Source of the DNA: Chloroflexota bacterium
GTDB taxonomy: Bacteria; Chloroflexota; Anaerolineae; CAYNKW01
Assembly: GCA_049324835.1 (NCBI GenBank)
Contig: JBMOMT010000060.1
Span: 126,517-190,516, forward strand
Reading direction: 5' to 3'
Length of the DNA stretch: 64,000 bases
The notes under the pieces were generated by a model, which did not search any database, was not told the origin of the DNA, and worked only from the letters and a program-made list of their open reading frames with translations. This document shows, one piece after another, positions 31,253 through 42,607 of this stretch (positions within the stretch are counted from its first letter, which is position 1; every line of letters begins with the position of its first letter). The translations under genes and the position numbers were made by a program.

Positions 31253-32803
31253 CTATTCTTCCGACTCTGATTCTTCTGAACTGCTTTCTGGCGATCCAAA
31301 ACCTAGTTTGGGAAGGCCCCTTTGCTGAAGAAGCAGGTTGAGTATTCTCCTATCCGCAGGCTGCAAAGCCCGGATCACCTCGACTACCGCTCGGATGCGT
31401 AGCTCGTCATCCTTGATACTCGATAGTTGATCCAGCATCACTCCTAACGTGCGTTTGAACTGTTCTTCCCAGGCCTGAGCCTTACCAAGCTCCGCCTGGT
31501 AGGTACTATGTCGTTTCCCATCAGCAGTTAAAACCGATGCCTCTGCATCTAGCCTGGCAATTTCCACTTTTTCCCGGGCCTTCTGTATCTCTCGCCACCC
31601 CTGCCACGGCGCACTCCAGCGCTTCAAAAACTCGGCCTGCGCCTCCGGCGGCATCTCGATGGCCGTCACGTTGAGTCCGTTAAGGGTCACGCCCCACTTG
31701 GTGGCTGCCTTGATGGCGTTCTGTTTGGCCTCCTCCAAGATCTTTTGTAAGGCCGCCGGCTCCGGGCTCACCCGATCCCCCTCGTCGACGACGAAAATCT
31801 CGTCCACGCGGTAGCGCCGGATGGCCACTGCCACCTGCCCGGCGGCCATGCCCTGCAATTGACTGCTCAAAGTCTTGCCCGCCGTCAACGCATAGACGGC
31901 CCGATACACCGTCCGCTGATACACCGGGTAGCGTCCGCTCACCATGCCTGGGAACCCCTGGGTTTCAATATCTCCCTTGTCGTCCCTGTCGCGGGCTTCT
32001 TGCCACAATTCGATGCGAAAAGAGAACACCCCTTTTACTTTGAGCGGCACATTGTCCTTGGTCAGCACCTCCAGTTCCGGAGGGAAATTACCGCCTTGGG
32101 GTCGCAGATCGACCACCGCCTTGATCCCCTCGCCGGCCTGCAAAACGTGCAGCCCCTGGCCCACGATGCGCGAGACCTCGTCACCCTGTTCCAACACCAC
32201 TGCATGGTAGGGTTTGACTCGTAACAGCAACGGCGCGCCGAACCGGGCCAGATCGCCGTCGGGCGACAGTTTGCCCTCGTCGGCCACCAGCACCGCGCCG
32301 CTCTTGCCCAGCAGCACCGACCGAATGAGCTTTCGAGAGGTTTTGTGATCCAGGCTATAGATCTGACGCAACCCCAGCATCAGGTTGATGCTCAAGGAAA
32401 AGGATAGCTCCAGCGAGCCACAAGTCGCCATTCCACCGGCAAGCAGCCCTGTCAGCACGGCCAGACCCACCTGCACGGCAGGCCAATCCATCAGCGGGCC
32501 GATCAGCGGCAGGCGGCGCATTGCCTCCACCACCGCCGGATCGGTCAGCCGGGCGTAGATCAGCCCGCCGACAAACAGGCCGACTGTGGTCAAAAGGTAG
32601 AGGAGCAAAAAGCGGTAGCGATGCCTGCCGGCGAAAAAGAGGCCAAAGAGGAGTCCAAACAAAACCAGAGTGAGGTACGCGATGCCCAGCCCACCCAGCC
32701 ACAGACCAAGTATCCCGATAGACAGGGCCAGGGCGGCAAAGAGAATCACCTGGCTCCTGCCTGGGTCGTGCTGGTGGGTTTCTCTTGCACCATCAACGCC
32801 CAC
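31253..32803 (-). CDS. SPFH/band-7 (flotillin-like) membrane protein with C-terminal acidic tail
   Basis: N-terminal TM helices, PHB block VLTKDNVPLKVKGVFSFRI, a long coiled-coil, and SESSSEESESEE tail. Confidence 0.7.
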   Translation of the reverse strand: MGVDGARETHQHDPGRSQVILFAALALSIGILGLWLGGLGIAYLTLVLFGLLFGLFFAGRHRYRFLLLYLLTTVGLFVGGLIYARLTDPAVVEAMRRLPLIGPLMDWPAVQVGLAVLTGLLAGGMATCGSLELSFSLSINLMLGLRQIYSLDHKTSRKLIRSVLLGKSGAVLVADEGKLSPDGDLARFGAPLLLRVKPYHAVVLEQGDEVSRIVGQGLHVLQAGEGIKAVVDLRPQGGNFPPELEVLTKDNVPLKVKGVFSFRIELWQEARDRDDKGDIETQGFPGMVSGRYPVYQRTVYRAVYALTAGKTLSSQLQGMAAGQVAVAIRRYRVDEIFVVDEGDRVSPEPAALQKILEEAKQNAIKAATKWGVTLNGLNVTAIEMPPEAQAEFLKRWSAPWQGWREIQKAREKVEIARLDAEASVLTADGKRHSTYQAELGKAQAWEEQFKRTLGVMLDQLSSIKDDELRIRAVVEVIRALQPADRRILNLLLQQRGLPKLGFGSPESSSEESESEE

Positions 32804-32923
32804 TGTTCACCTCCAGCGCGTCACCCCCTTCCGCGCCAGCCCTATATTACCACAGTTTTGAGCAAAAGAAAAGATCAACTTATGTAGTGCTGTGGTCGTC
32901 GCGGCCAGCGCCGGGGCCGGGCC

Positions 32924-35374
<2,451 letters not shown>

Positions 35375-35500
35375 CTGTTCGACTCTCCCGCCCGGCGGTC
35401 TTTTATGATGGGGGCAACTTTAGCATATTGTCTGGTGGATGTCAAGGTGTCTGGCTCGCGGTAGATTCGTTCTATGATCCGACCCTGCCGGATGACCGAC

Positions 35501-35541
35501 AAAAAAAAAAGACCCCCTGGGCAGGTTGTTGCCCTGGGGGC
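35501..35541 (-). terminator. rho-independent terminator (hairpin GCCCCCAGGGCAACAACCTGCCCAGGGGG + T10 on the minus strand)
   Basis: Plus strand shows A10 (35501-35510) then an imperfect GC hairpin at 35513-35541. On the minus strand this is a hairpin followed by a U-run, 22 nt after the EFR1 ferredoxin stop. It is the only clean intrinsic terminator downstream of the GntR-headed unit. Confidence 0.6.
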
Positions 35542-35562
35542 CGCACGGCGTCGCAGGCGCGT

Positions 35563-36624
35563 TTATCCCAGGTCTTTGAGTGTCGTCTCGGGTTCGTGAT
35601 AGCGGCGGTAATAGTGGGTGAGGGTGGCGTGGGTGAAGAAACGGTTGACCCACCCGATCCGCAGCAGGCGATGGAAGACGGGGTAGGCCAGTCCAAGGGC
35701 GATCAGGGGGTAAACCCACTCCAGCGCCTGGCGGGGTGTACCGTTCAACAAGGCCAGCAGGGGCGCGCGAGCCACTAGCCAGCCCAGGAGAGCCGAAAGG
35801 GGAAACACACTCGGCAGCAGGTAGATGCCCACGGCCAGTAAATGGCTGGCTTCCACTGCCTGCGTGGGACAAAAGACCATGCAGCGCATACAGCTCTCGC
35901 AACGAAAGGTCCAATACGGGCGAGGTTTGCTGCTGCCGCGCATCTCGATGGCCCCGTTGGGGCAGTGTGCGGCGCACAGCCCGCAGCCGGTGCAGCGTTC
36001 GGAGGCAAAGAACAGCTTGCCCAAAAACAGTCGCCCGATCAGCAAATAAGCCAGCGAGATAGGCAGAACCAGCAGGCCGATCAGAAAAGTGGTCCAATGG
36101 CCCAGGTGTCGTCTGCCGGACAGGAGTGTATCCATCAGACGGGTGGTTTTTCTCCGCGCCCGGGCCACGATGCCGGCCACTGTTTGGGGACGGAGGGCCG
36201 GATGCAGCGCCATCCAGTTGGAGGGCATGTCGATGCCTGCCGTGCCACGGATGCGATAGCCTTTCAGCGCCAGGATGAGCGCCACCAGCAGCGTGGCCGT
36301 GCCTTCGAACCCCGGCGTGAAGAATCGGCCGATGCGGCTGCCGGCGCGGGTGGCCACGGCCACGGCGTGGGTTCCGGCGCGGCGCGGCAGGCGCAGGGCA
36401 AAGCGCAGCACCGCCCAGGGCGCGGTGAAACCGTGAGTGGGCATGGCCAGGCCCAGCAGCGCCGTCTCGCCCGCGCCGATCTCTTCCGCCGGGCCGGCCG
36501 CCGCGATGGGCCGCACGGTGACGGTCGCGCCCGCCTCGCGGGCCGCCTCGGCCATCCAGGACGTGACGCGGTACGAGTTGCCGGTGCCGCTGTAAAAGTA
36601 AAACGTCGCCTCACGGTAGTTCAT
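35563..36624 (-). CDS. EFR1-type ferredoxin: flavodoxin-like N-domain + 2x[4Fe-4S] + C-terminal membrane domain
   Basis: N-terminal FYFYSGTGNSYRV (flavodoxin-like). CTGCGLCAAHCPNGAIEM and CESCMRCMVFCPTQAVE cluster motifs. C-terminal hydrophobic helices. Confidence 0.55.
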   Translation of the reverse strand: MNYREATFYFYSGTGNSYRVTSWMAEAAREAGATVTVRPIAAAGPAEEIGAGETALLGLAMPTHGFTAPWAVLRFALRLPRRAGTHAVAVATRAGSRIGRFFTPGFEGTATLLVALILALKGYRIRGTAGIDMPSNWMALHPALRPQTVAGIVARARRKTTRLMDTLLSGRRHLGHWTTFLIGLLVLPISLAYLLIGRLFLGKLFFASERCTGCGLCAAHCPNGAIEMRGSSKPRPYWTFRCESCMRCMVFCPTQAVEASHLLAVGIYLLPSVFPLSALLGWLVARAPLLALLNGTPRQALEWVYPLIALGLAYPVFHRLLRIGWVNRFFTHATLTHYYRRYHEPETTLKDLG

Positions 36625-37042
36625 GTTGTCTCTCCTTTGACCGTTTGCCGCACTTGCAGAGATAAACGATCAGCACCAACAACAGGGCGTCGCCGGCCGG
36701 GATGAGCCACGGACGGACGACATGGATGTGGCTGATGTCTTGCACCGTCAGGCCGGGGTTCATCGCGGCGGCGATCACGTCCAACAGGCCGTGGACAAAG
36801 ATGAGGCCGACAATCCCGCCGGCGCGCCAGCGGATGAGGCCGAAAAGCAGGCCGAAAAGACCCGTCCCCAACGCGCCCAGCGGTCCCTGCCAACAGATAC
36901 GCGGCGATCTGAGCCGACATCTGCCAGACGGTGTCCGTCACGTTGGGCCACAGCCACAGGTAGGCCGGCAGAAACAAAAGGCCAACCTCGGCGAGGGCCT
37001 TCGATCCGGGCCGAGTGCGCTGCCACACGATCGCACCTCGCG

Positions 37043-37882
37043 TCACGGCTCGGGGCCAGCCGCCCTCTCGGCGCGGCGAGTGGCCCACAGGATGGCCACG
37101 CTGCCCAACGAGAGAACCGCCAGCGCTGCCTCGGCGGCTTTTCCGCCCCACGCGCCGTTGATATAAACGGCCACGGCGTTGAGCAGCGCGTGCCAGCCGA
37201 TGGCCGCCCACAGCGGCCACAACCGCCCCCGCAGGAAAACCTGCATCACCAGCGCCGCCGCCGAGAGGTGAAACAGCATGGCCATCAACCGTTCGGCGGC
37301 GGCCAGCAGCGGCATGTAGGCCGGCGTGGCCCAGAATGCTTTCACCTGACGGGCGGCCTCGGCGGCCTGCTCGGCGGGCAGGCCCAGCGCGGTCACGTCG
37401 ACGCCGCGCATGGCGGCCATGTTCAGCAACGTGACCCCCACCAGCAGCCCGGTGAGCATCGCTTCCACCCCGCCGTGACCCGCGCCAAACATGAGCGCCT
37501 GCCGCCAGGTGCGGGCCTCCTTGAGCCAGAAGCGATAGACCAGGTAGCGGGCCGTCTCCTCGCACAGGCCGGCGGTGAGGCCCAACACGACGGCGTTAAA
37601 GGGTAACTGCCACGCCTCCGGCGGCTTGGGCATCCAGTCGAGATTAAACAGCGCGGTCAGCCCAAAGTTGAGCGGCAGATGCACCACCTGCGAGCCGACA
37701 AAGGCCACCGCCCCGGCGAAAAAGAGCGTCCACGGCAGCCGCCACCGTCGCCAGAGGAACAATCCCAGCGCTACTGGCGCGCCGAGCATGATGGTGATTT
37801 CGATGAGAAAAACAACAGTGAGCAGAGATGACCTCCCTCGGCTGGTAGTTGGTAGATGGGCGAGTCGTTTCCCAGTTACCAA
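37043..37882 (-). CDS. YhfC/CPBP-type intramembrane metalloprotease
   Basis: EExxR (GLCEETARYL), GxGHGGxE (FGAGHGGVEAM), and HxxxN (WHALLNAVAVYI) within a polytopic membrane protein. The true start may be an internal or alternative codon. Confidence 0.5.
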   Translation of the reverse strand: MVTGKRLAHLPTTSRGRSSLLTVVFLIEITIMLGAPVALGLFLWRRWRLPWTLFFAGAVAFVGSQVVHLPLNFGLTALFNLDWMPKPPEAWQLPFNAVVLGLTAGLCEETARYLVYRFWLKEARTWRQALMFGAGHGGVEAMLTGLLVGVTLLNMAAMRGVDVTALGLPAEQAAEAARQVKAFWATPAYMPLLAAAERLMAMLFHLSAAALVMQVFLRGRLWPLWAAIGWHALLNAVAVYINGAWGGKAAEAALAVLSLGSVAILWATRRAERAAGPEP

Positions 37883-37898
37883 TCTCCCAATGTACCAG

Positions 37899-39227
37899 CT
37901 ATTCGTAGCGCAATGCCTCCACCGGGTCGAGCCGCGCGGCGCGGTTGGCCGGCAGCAACCCCGCCAGCAGGGCCACCCCCGTGCTGAGGACGATGACGGT
38001 GATCACCAGCCACGGCGGGAAACGCGAGATGTTGAACGTGGGATAGTCGCTCAGGAACGTGGCGCGAGCGGCCAGGTTGATGATCTGGCCGACGACCCAG
38101 GCGGCGGCGACGCCAACCAGGCCGCCGAAAAAGCCGATGCTGCCCGCCTCGACGGTGAACAGGAAGCGGATCGTGCCTCTGGACGCGCCGACGGCCTTCA
38201 TGACGCCGATCTCGCGTGTGCGCTCATAGATGGCCATGATGAGCGTGTTGACGATGCCCAGGCTGGCCACGGCCAGCGCGATCAGCCCCACCACACTCAG
38301 CACGCCTTCGATGACGGCAAACACGCCGCGCAGCTCGCCTGCCGCATCGTCGGCGGTGTCGGCCTCGAAATCGCCCAATTCTTCGATGGCGCGGGCTACG
38401 GCATCGGTATTTTTGGGATCGTCGACCGTCACCGCGGCGGCAAAGCCCATGTTCTGGTCGGTATAGTACTCGTCGTCCTCGTTAAAGTAGCGCGCCATCT
38501 CCACGCCATCCTCGTAGGGCACGACGACCTCGGTCGAGGCGATGCTGTCCTCCAGCACGCCGACGATCTCAAAGGTGTAATCCTGCCCCTCCGGCTCCTT
38601 GCTCGAAAAGGGGTTGACCTGGTAGCCCTGGCTCACCCGCACTTCGATCTCTCTGCCCAACGCCTCCTCCGGCCAGGACAGTCCCCACACGTCCAGGTAG
38701 GCATAGGCCACGACTGCCTTGCCCCGGTCGCCATCTTTCAGGCTCCGCCCGGCGGCGATGCCTCGCGTTTCCAATTCGTTGGGTGACAGCGACTCCAGCG
38801 AGACCTGGAAGCGTTTGTCTTGCCCCACCAGCCTGACCCAACGCGCCAGGACGACGATCACCGGGTCGACGCGCTCGACGTGCTCCAGCGCGGCGATGCG
38901 GGCCAGGTCTTGGCCGGTGAAGGTTTTGAACGCGCCGATGGGGTTCAACTGGCCCTCCTGCACTTCCTGTGGCTGCCCGCCAAAGCCGGTGGTGCTCAGG
39001 ATCAGGCCCAGCGTGCCGCCGGCCATCCTGGGTTGCACGGAAACGATATCCGGCGCTTGCAGTGAGCTGAACTGGGCGGTGATAAAGTTCTGCGCCCCCG
39101 CACCCAGGCTGACCAGCAGCGCCACGAGCGTCGCGCCGATGACCACCGCCATGACTGTCAACAGCGTGCGTAGTTTACGCCGCCACAGGTTGGTGATGGC
39201 CGTCCGCAGATAGTCTCTAAACAGCAT
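37899..39227 (-). CDS. ABC transporter permease, FtsX/MacB-type
   Basis: [46 protein letters not shown], a large periplasmic loop, and C-terminal FtsX 3-TM block. Start at internal ATG 39225-39227, overlapping the ATPase gene by 11 nt. Confidence 0.8.
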   Translation of the reverse strand: MLFRDYLRTAITNLWRRKLRTLLTVMAVVIGATLVALLVSLGAGAQNFITAQFSSLQAPDIVSVQPRMAGGTLGLILSTTGFGGQPQEVQEGQLNPIGAFKTFTGQDLARIAALEHVERVDPVIVVLARWVRLVGQDKRFQVSLESLSPNELETRGIAAGRSLKDGDRGKAVVAYAYLDVWGLSWPEEALGREIEVRVSQGYQVNPFSSKEPEGQDYTFEIVGVLEDSIASTEVVVPYEDGVEMARYFNEDDEYYTDQNMGFAAAVTVDDPKNTDAVARAIEELGDFEADTADDAAGELRGVFAVIEGVLSVVGLIALAVASLGIVNTLIMAIYERTREIGVMKAVGASRGTIRFLFTVEAGSIGFFGGLVGVAAAWVVGQIINLAARATFLSDYPTFNISRFPPWLVITVIVLSTGVALLAGLLPANRAARLDPVEALRYE

Positions 39228-39909
39228 GGGCCGCCTCCCCGTTGTCCTGCACGATCCGACCGTCGCGCAGGGCGATGTGCCGGCCGGCAAAGGCGGCCAC
39301 GTCAGGATCGTGCGTCACCACGATCACCGTCAGGCCGCGCTCGCGGTTGAGCCGGACCAACAGCTCGACGATGCCCATGCCGGTGGTGCTGTCCAGGTTG
39401 CCCGTCGGTTCGTCGGCCAGCAACAGCCTGGGCTGGTTGGCCAGCGCGCGGGCGATGCTCACCCGCTGCCGTTCACCGCCGGAAAGCTCTGTTGGCTTGT
39501 GACGCATCCGGTCGGCCAGACCGATGGCCTCCAGCGTCTCGCGTGCCCGGGCCAGCCGCTCTTTACGCGGCGCGCGGGCAAAGACCAGTGGCAGGGCCAC
39601 GTTCTCCAGCGCGGTGAGCGTCGATTGCAGGTTGAACGTCTGAAAGACAAAGCCCACCTGGGCGTTGCGATACCTGGATAGCTCGCGGTCGGTGGCCCGG
39701 CTCAGGTCCTGGCCGTTTACCACGATCGTGCCGGTGGTGGGGGTATCCAGCCCGCCGACGACGTGTAATAGCGTGCTCTTGCCGCTGCCCGAAGGCCCCA
39801 ACACGGCCACAAACTCTCCCTCGGCCACCGTCAGACTCACCCCATCCAGCGCGTGGATCGTCTCGTGGCCCATTTTGTAACTGCGTGTGACATCTCGCAA
39901 TTCGATCAT
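39217..39909 (-). CDS. ABC transporter ATP-binding protein (MacB/LolD-like)
   Basis: [28 protein letters not shown], Walker [25 protein letters not shown], Walker [13 protein letters not shown]. Start at ATG 39907-39909 rather than the GTG 39921 of the track. Confidence 0.85.
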   Translation of the reverse strand: MIELRDVTRSYKMGHETIHALDGVSLTVAEGEFVAVLGPSGSGKSTLLHVVGGLDTPTTGTIVVNGQDLSRATDRELSRYRNAQVGFVFQTFNLQSTLTALENVALPLVFARAPRKERLARARETLEAIGLADRMRHKPTELSGGERQRVSIARALANQPRLLLADEPTGNLDSTTGMGIVELLVRLNRERGLTVIVVTHDPDVAAFAGRHIALRDGRIVQDNGEAAHAV

Positions 39910-39919
39910 ATCCAACCTC

Positions 39920-39968
39920 ACGCCTCACCTTTGACGTTTGACGTTTGACGTTTGACGCCCCACGCCTC
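39920..39968 (-). repeat. heptanucleotide tandem array 1 (ACGCCTC ACCTTTG ACGTTTG x3 ACGCCCC ACGCCTC; CGTCAAA units on the coding strand) immediately 5' of the MacB-like ATPase start
   Basis: Seven 7-bp units. The core is three perfect ACGTTTG, with four consecutive TTGACGT units read in the other phase, at 39931-39958. Flanked by direct repeats CACGCCTCAC at 39919-39928 and 39961-39970. Confidence 0.85.
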
Positions 39969-40764
39969 ACTTCCACCGCGTCAAAATCGTCTCCCGCTGA
40001 AAGAGCCGCACCGCCAGCCATAACACGCCCAGGTTGACCAACGCCACGACCGCCGTCGACCACAGCAGTATCTGCACGTTGAGAAAGATCTTGCCGGCCA
40101 GCACGGCGATGCTGACGCCGATGACCGGCACGATAAAAATCGCCGTGACCTGTTGGGCGGCGCGTGGATCGTTGAGCCGCGACGAGGCGATGACGCCGCA
40201 AGACGTGGACAGCAGCGCGAACAGCGGGCTGAGCAGAGCCATGCCCAGCGTCCACACCGGCCGCACCAACTGGGCGAACACCACCCGGCTGGCGATAAAG
40301 TACATGCCCACTGCCGTGAGCGCAAAGCTGAGCCAGGCCAGGATCACCGCCGGCGTCACGGCAGCGATCGTTTTGCCCACCAGCAATTCCGCCGTGCTGA
40401 CCGGCGTGGCCAGCAGCGGCTCCAGGCTGCGCGTCTCTTTTTCGCCGATGATGCTGTAGGCGGCGATATAGACGGGCAGGGCCATGGGGATGAGCAGCAG
40501 GTAAAACATGTACTGGTCGTTCATCAGCACGATAAAGCCGTCTTTGGCGCCCAACGCGGCCAGTTCGGGCGGCAGGCCAAAGGAACTGCTGCCCGTGTCG
40601 AGGTTGAGCTCCTCCTCCGGCGCACGCTGCATGAAATAGGTCGTGCCCAGGATCATGCCCACCATCAAGATGGGCAGCAGGGCCATCATGATGACCACCA
40701 TTTTGTTCTTGCGCATGTCGAGCCATTCTTTTTCGACGATGGCCCAAATTCGGTCTCCGTTCAT
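39967..40764 (-). CDS. ABC-2 type transporter permease
   Basis: MNGDRIWAIVEKEWLDMRKNKMVVIMMALLPILMV then 6 TM helices, typical of ABC-2 exporters. Confidence 0.75.
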   Translation of the reverse strand: MNGDRIWAIVEKEWLDMRKNKMVVIMMALLPILMVGMILGTTYFMQRAPEEELNLDTGSSSFGLPPELAALGAKDGFIVLMNDQYMFYLLLIPMALPVYIAAYSIIGEKETRSLEPLLATPVSTAELLVGKTIAAVTPAVILAWLSFALTAVGMYFIASRVVFAQLVRPVWTLGMALLSPLFALLSTSCGVIASSRLNDPRAAQQVTAIFIVPVIGVSIAVLAGKIFLNVQILLWSTAVVALVNLGVLWLAVRLFQRETILTRWK

Positions 40765-40944
40765 CGTTGTATCAGACTCCTATCCCAGACGAGCCGGAAT
40801 CGAAAAAAGCCAGAGCATTTCACCACCAGGACACAAAGACACCGAGCTCTTTACTTTTCTTCTTTGGGTCTTGGTGGTTAATCATCTCGCCAAGCGGGCA
40901 GCGATTTCACCGGCAAGGCACAGCTTTGTCGCAGAGACGACGCG

Positions 40945-41394
40945 CTATTTCCGGTTTTCCAGCCAGCGGCCGATGACGGCATAGTTAAAGTCGTGGCCGC
41001 CCAGGCAGCGCACTGCGCCCCACAGCCCGTAGAGCACCGTCAGGCCCATGATGCCCAGGGGCAGGATCATCAGGAACAGGCCGAACCACAACCCCGCCGG
41101 CGGCGTGGTCTGATATACATCGGGGTTGGCCATGAGCGGCGGCAGCAACAAGGCCATCCAGGCACAGCCCCAGCACGCCCACAAGACCCAGGTCAGCACC
41201 ATCGTTGCGATCTGGTAAACCAGCGCCTGGAGCGCCTGGCCGGCCGCGTAGGCCGATCTGTCCTTCTGCGTCACCCAGACCACCAGCGCCGCGGCGATGC
41301 CGCCGATGCCGTTGGTGAAAACCCCCAGCAGGATGCTGCCATGGGCCAACCCGGCAAGCACACGTTCCTCTTGGCTGGTCACCTTTGTCTCCAC
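40945..41394 (-). CDS. DUF4870-like small membrane protein
   Basis: QEERVLAGLAHGSILLGVFTNGIGGIAAALVVWVTQKD pattern (ER-x-A-x-L-x-H-x-S) with 3-4 TM. Embedded between the ABC ATPase and permease genes. Confidence 0.5.
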   Translation of the reverse strand: METKVTSQEERVLAGLAHGSILLGVFTNGIGGIAAALVVWVTQKDRSAYAAGQALQALVYQIATMVLTWVLWACWGCAWMALLLPPLMANPDVYQTTPPAGLWFGLFLMILPLGIMGLTVLYGLWGAVRCLGGHDFNYAVIGRWLENRK

Positions 41395-41406
41395 GTTGAG
41401 CCTCCT

Positions 41407-42321
41407 TTAGCTCTGCGATTCTTTCATCAGGTCAAAGTAGACCTGTTCCAGCGAGTGTTCTTCTTTTTCCACAAACTGCACCGCGCCGCCGGCCTCCACC
41501 AGCGCCCGCACCACTGCCGGGTTCTGCGATTCGGGATCATCCAACGCCACGCGGATCTGGCTGTCGAATTGCGAGACGCTTTTGACAAAGGGCAGCGCCT
41601 CCACGGCAGCGATGAGTGCGGGCGTGACCTCTGGCAGCCGGATGAGCACCGACTGCCCGTACAACCCGCGGCGCAGCGCCTCTGGCGTATCCACACGGAT
41701 GAGGTGTTGTTTGATGACACCCACGCGGTCGCACAGCCGGTCGGCCTCATCCAGGTTGTGGGTGCAGACAAAGATGGTGCGTCCCTGGCCACTGAGTTCC
41801 TCGACGAAATCGCGCACCACGCGGGCCGCCTCCGGATCGAGCGCGGAAGTCGGCTCGTCCAAAAACAGCACCGGCGGTTCGTGGAGCAACGCCCGGGCGA
41901 TGGCCAGCTTTTGGCGCATGCCTTTGGAAAAACCGCCCACCGGCTCGTGCCGCCGCTCCCACAGGCCGAGCATGGTCAGATACTTTTTCACCTGGCCGGG
42001 CGCGTCGTCCACACCGTAGAGCCTGGCGAATAGGCGCAGGTTTTCCTCCGCGTCCAGGCGTGGATACAGCCCCGGCGTCTCGGTGAGGATGCCAGCGCTG
42101 GCGCGGATGGCGTCGTCTTCGGCGCCGATCTGGTGGCCGTTGACCCAGGCTGTGCCGCTCGTGGGTGCGATGAGTGAGGCCAGCATCCGCACGGTCGTCG
42201 TTTTGCCGGCGCCGTTGGGGCCGAGGAAACCAAAAACTTCACCCTGACGCACCTCAAGCGTCAGGCTGTCTACGGCCAGGATGCCGTTGAAACGTTTGGT
42301 CAAACCTTGTGTTTGGATCAT
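41407..42321 (-). CDS. ABC transporter ATP-binding protein (ABC-2/DrrA-like)
   Basis: MIQTQGLTKRFNGILAVDSLTLEV, Walker A GPNGAGKTTT, signature FSKGMRQKLAIARAL, Walker B VLFLDEPTSALD. Confidence 0.85.
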   Translation of the reverse strand: MIQTQGLTKRFNGILAVDSLTLEVRQGEVFGFLGPNGAGKTTTVRMLASLIAPTSGTAWVNGHQIGAEDDAIRASAGILTETPGLYPRLDAEENLRLFARLYGVDDAPGQVKKYLTMLGLWERRHEPVGGFSKGMRQKLAIARALLHEPPVLFLDEPTSALDPEAARVVRDFVEELSGQGRTIFVCTHNLDEADRLCDRVGVIKQHLIRVDTPEALRRGLYGQSVLIRLPEVTPALIAAVEALPFVKSVSQFDSQIRVALDDPESQNPAVVRALVEAGGAVQFVEKEEHSLEQVYFDLMKESQS

Positions 42322-42330
42322 CCCTGTCTC

Positions 42331-42537
42331 CTAAAACCAGCGGTCGCCAGGCTCGCGGCGACGCGCCCCGCCCACGGGCCGCTTGAGCACGGCCACGAAT
42401 TCACCCTGAAGGCGCGTCGCGGCGATCACCTCCCACCCCTCTTCGCCCCACAGATTGAGCTCTTCTTCGATCTCTTCGGCGCGAAAGCCTTTGATCCCGA
42501 TGCCTGTTTTCAGCACTTTGTATTCCCACCTGGTCAT
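42331..42537 (-). CDS. DUF4177-like small protein
   Basis: MTRWEYKVLKTGIGIKGFRAEEIEEELNLWGEEGWEVIAATRL matches the M-x-WEYK start typical of DUF4177. RBS GGTGGAGGGAGC before the ATG. Confidence 0.55.
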   Translation of the reverse strand: MTRWEYKVLKTGIGIKGFRAEEIEEELNLWGEEGWEVIAATRLQGEFVAVLKRPVGGARRREPGDRWF

Positions 42538-42544
42538 GCTCCCT

Positions 42545-42607
42545 CCACCTCACGTTTGACGTTTGACGTTTGACGTTTGACGTTTCACGCTTCACGTTTC
42601 ACGCTGT
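42545..42607 (-). repeat. heptanucleotide tandem array 2 (ACGTTTG x4 then ACGTTTC ACGCTTC ACGTTTC ACGCTGT) immediately 5' of the DUF4177 start; distal units encode the stomatin C-terminus
   Basis: Four perfect ACGTTTG units at 42552-42579 plus four degenerate units to 42607. The last units overlap the stomatin stop (..SVKREA*). Same downstream context (CGTGAGG..GGAG..ATG) as array 1. Confidence 0.85.

Noticed and set aside
30250-31299. 349-aa minus-strand ORF overlapping 30273..31220 in another frame
   Set aside because: It is Arg/His/Gly/Pro-rich with no hydrophobic structure. The alternative frame gives a coherent zinc-ribbon plus TM protein.
28923-31328. 801-aa plus-strand ORF
   Set aside because: It is antisense to four minus-strand genes with clear family motifs (polyprenol kinase-like, PfkB, zinc-ribbon membrane protein, SPFH). 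Its composition is His/Arg/Asp/Gly-rich junk.
36621-37606. 314-aa minus and 294-aa plus ORFs between the EFR1 and YhfC genes
   Set aside because: Both are Arg/Gly/His-rich without motifs. The 279-aa frame 37043..37882 carries the complete EExxR / GxGHGG / HxxxN protease motif set.
39920-39968. Possibility that the heptad arrays are CRISPR or a CRISPR remnant
   Set aside because: The unit length is 7 bp with no spacers. There are no cas genes and no leader. The arrays sit inside operon spacers next to start codons.
39563-42033. Long ORFs 39563..40747 (-), 40153..40881 (+), 40993..42033 (+)
   Set aside because: They are out-of-frame or antisense to ABC transporter genes with clear Walker/ABC signature motifs. 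Their composition is low-complexity.
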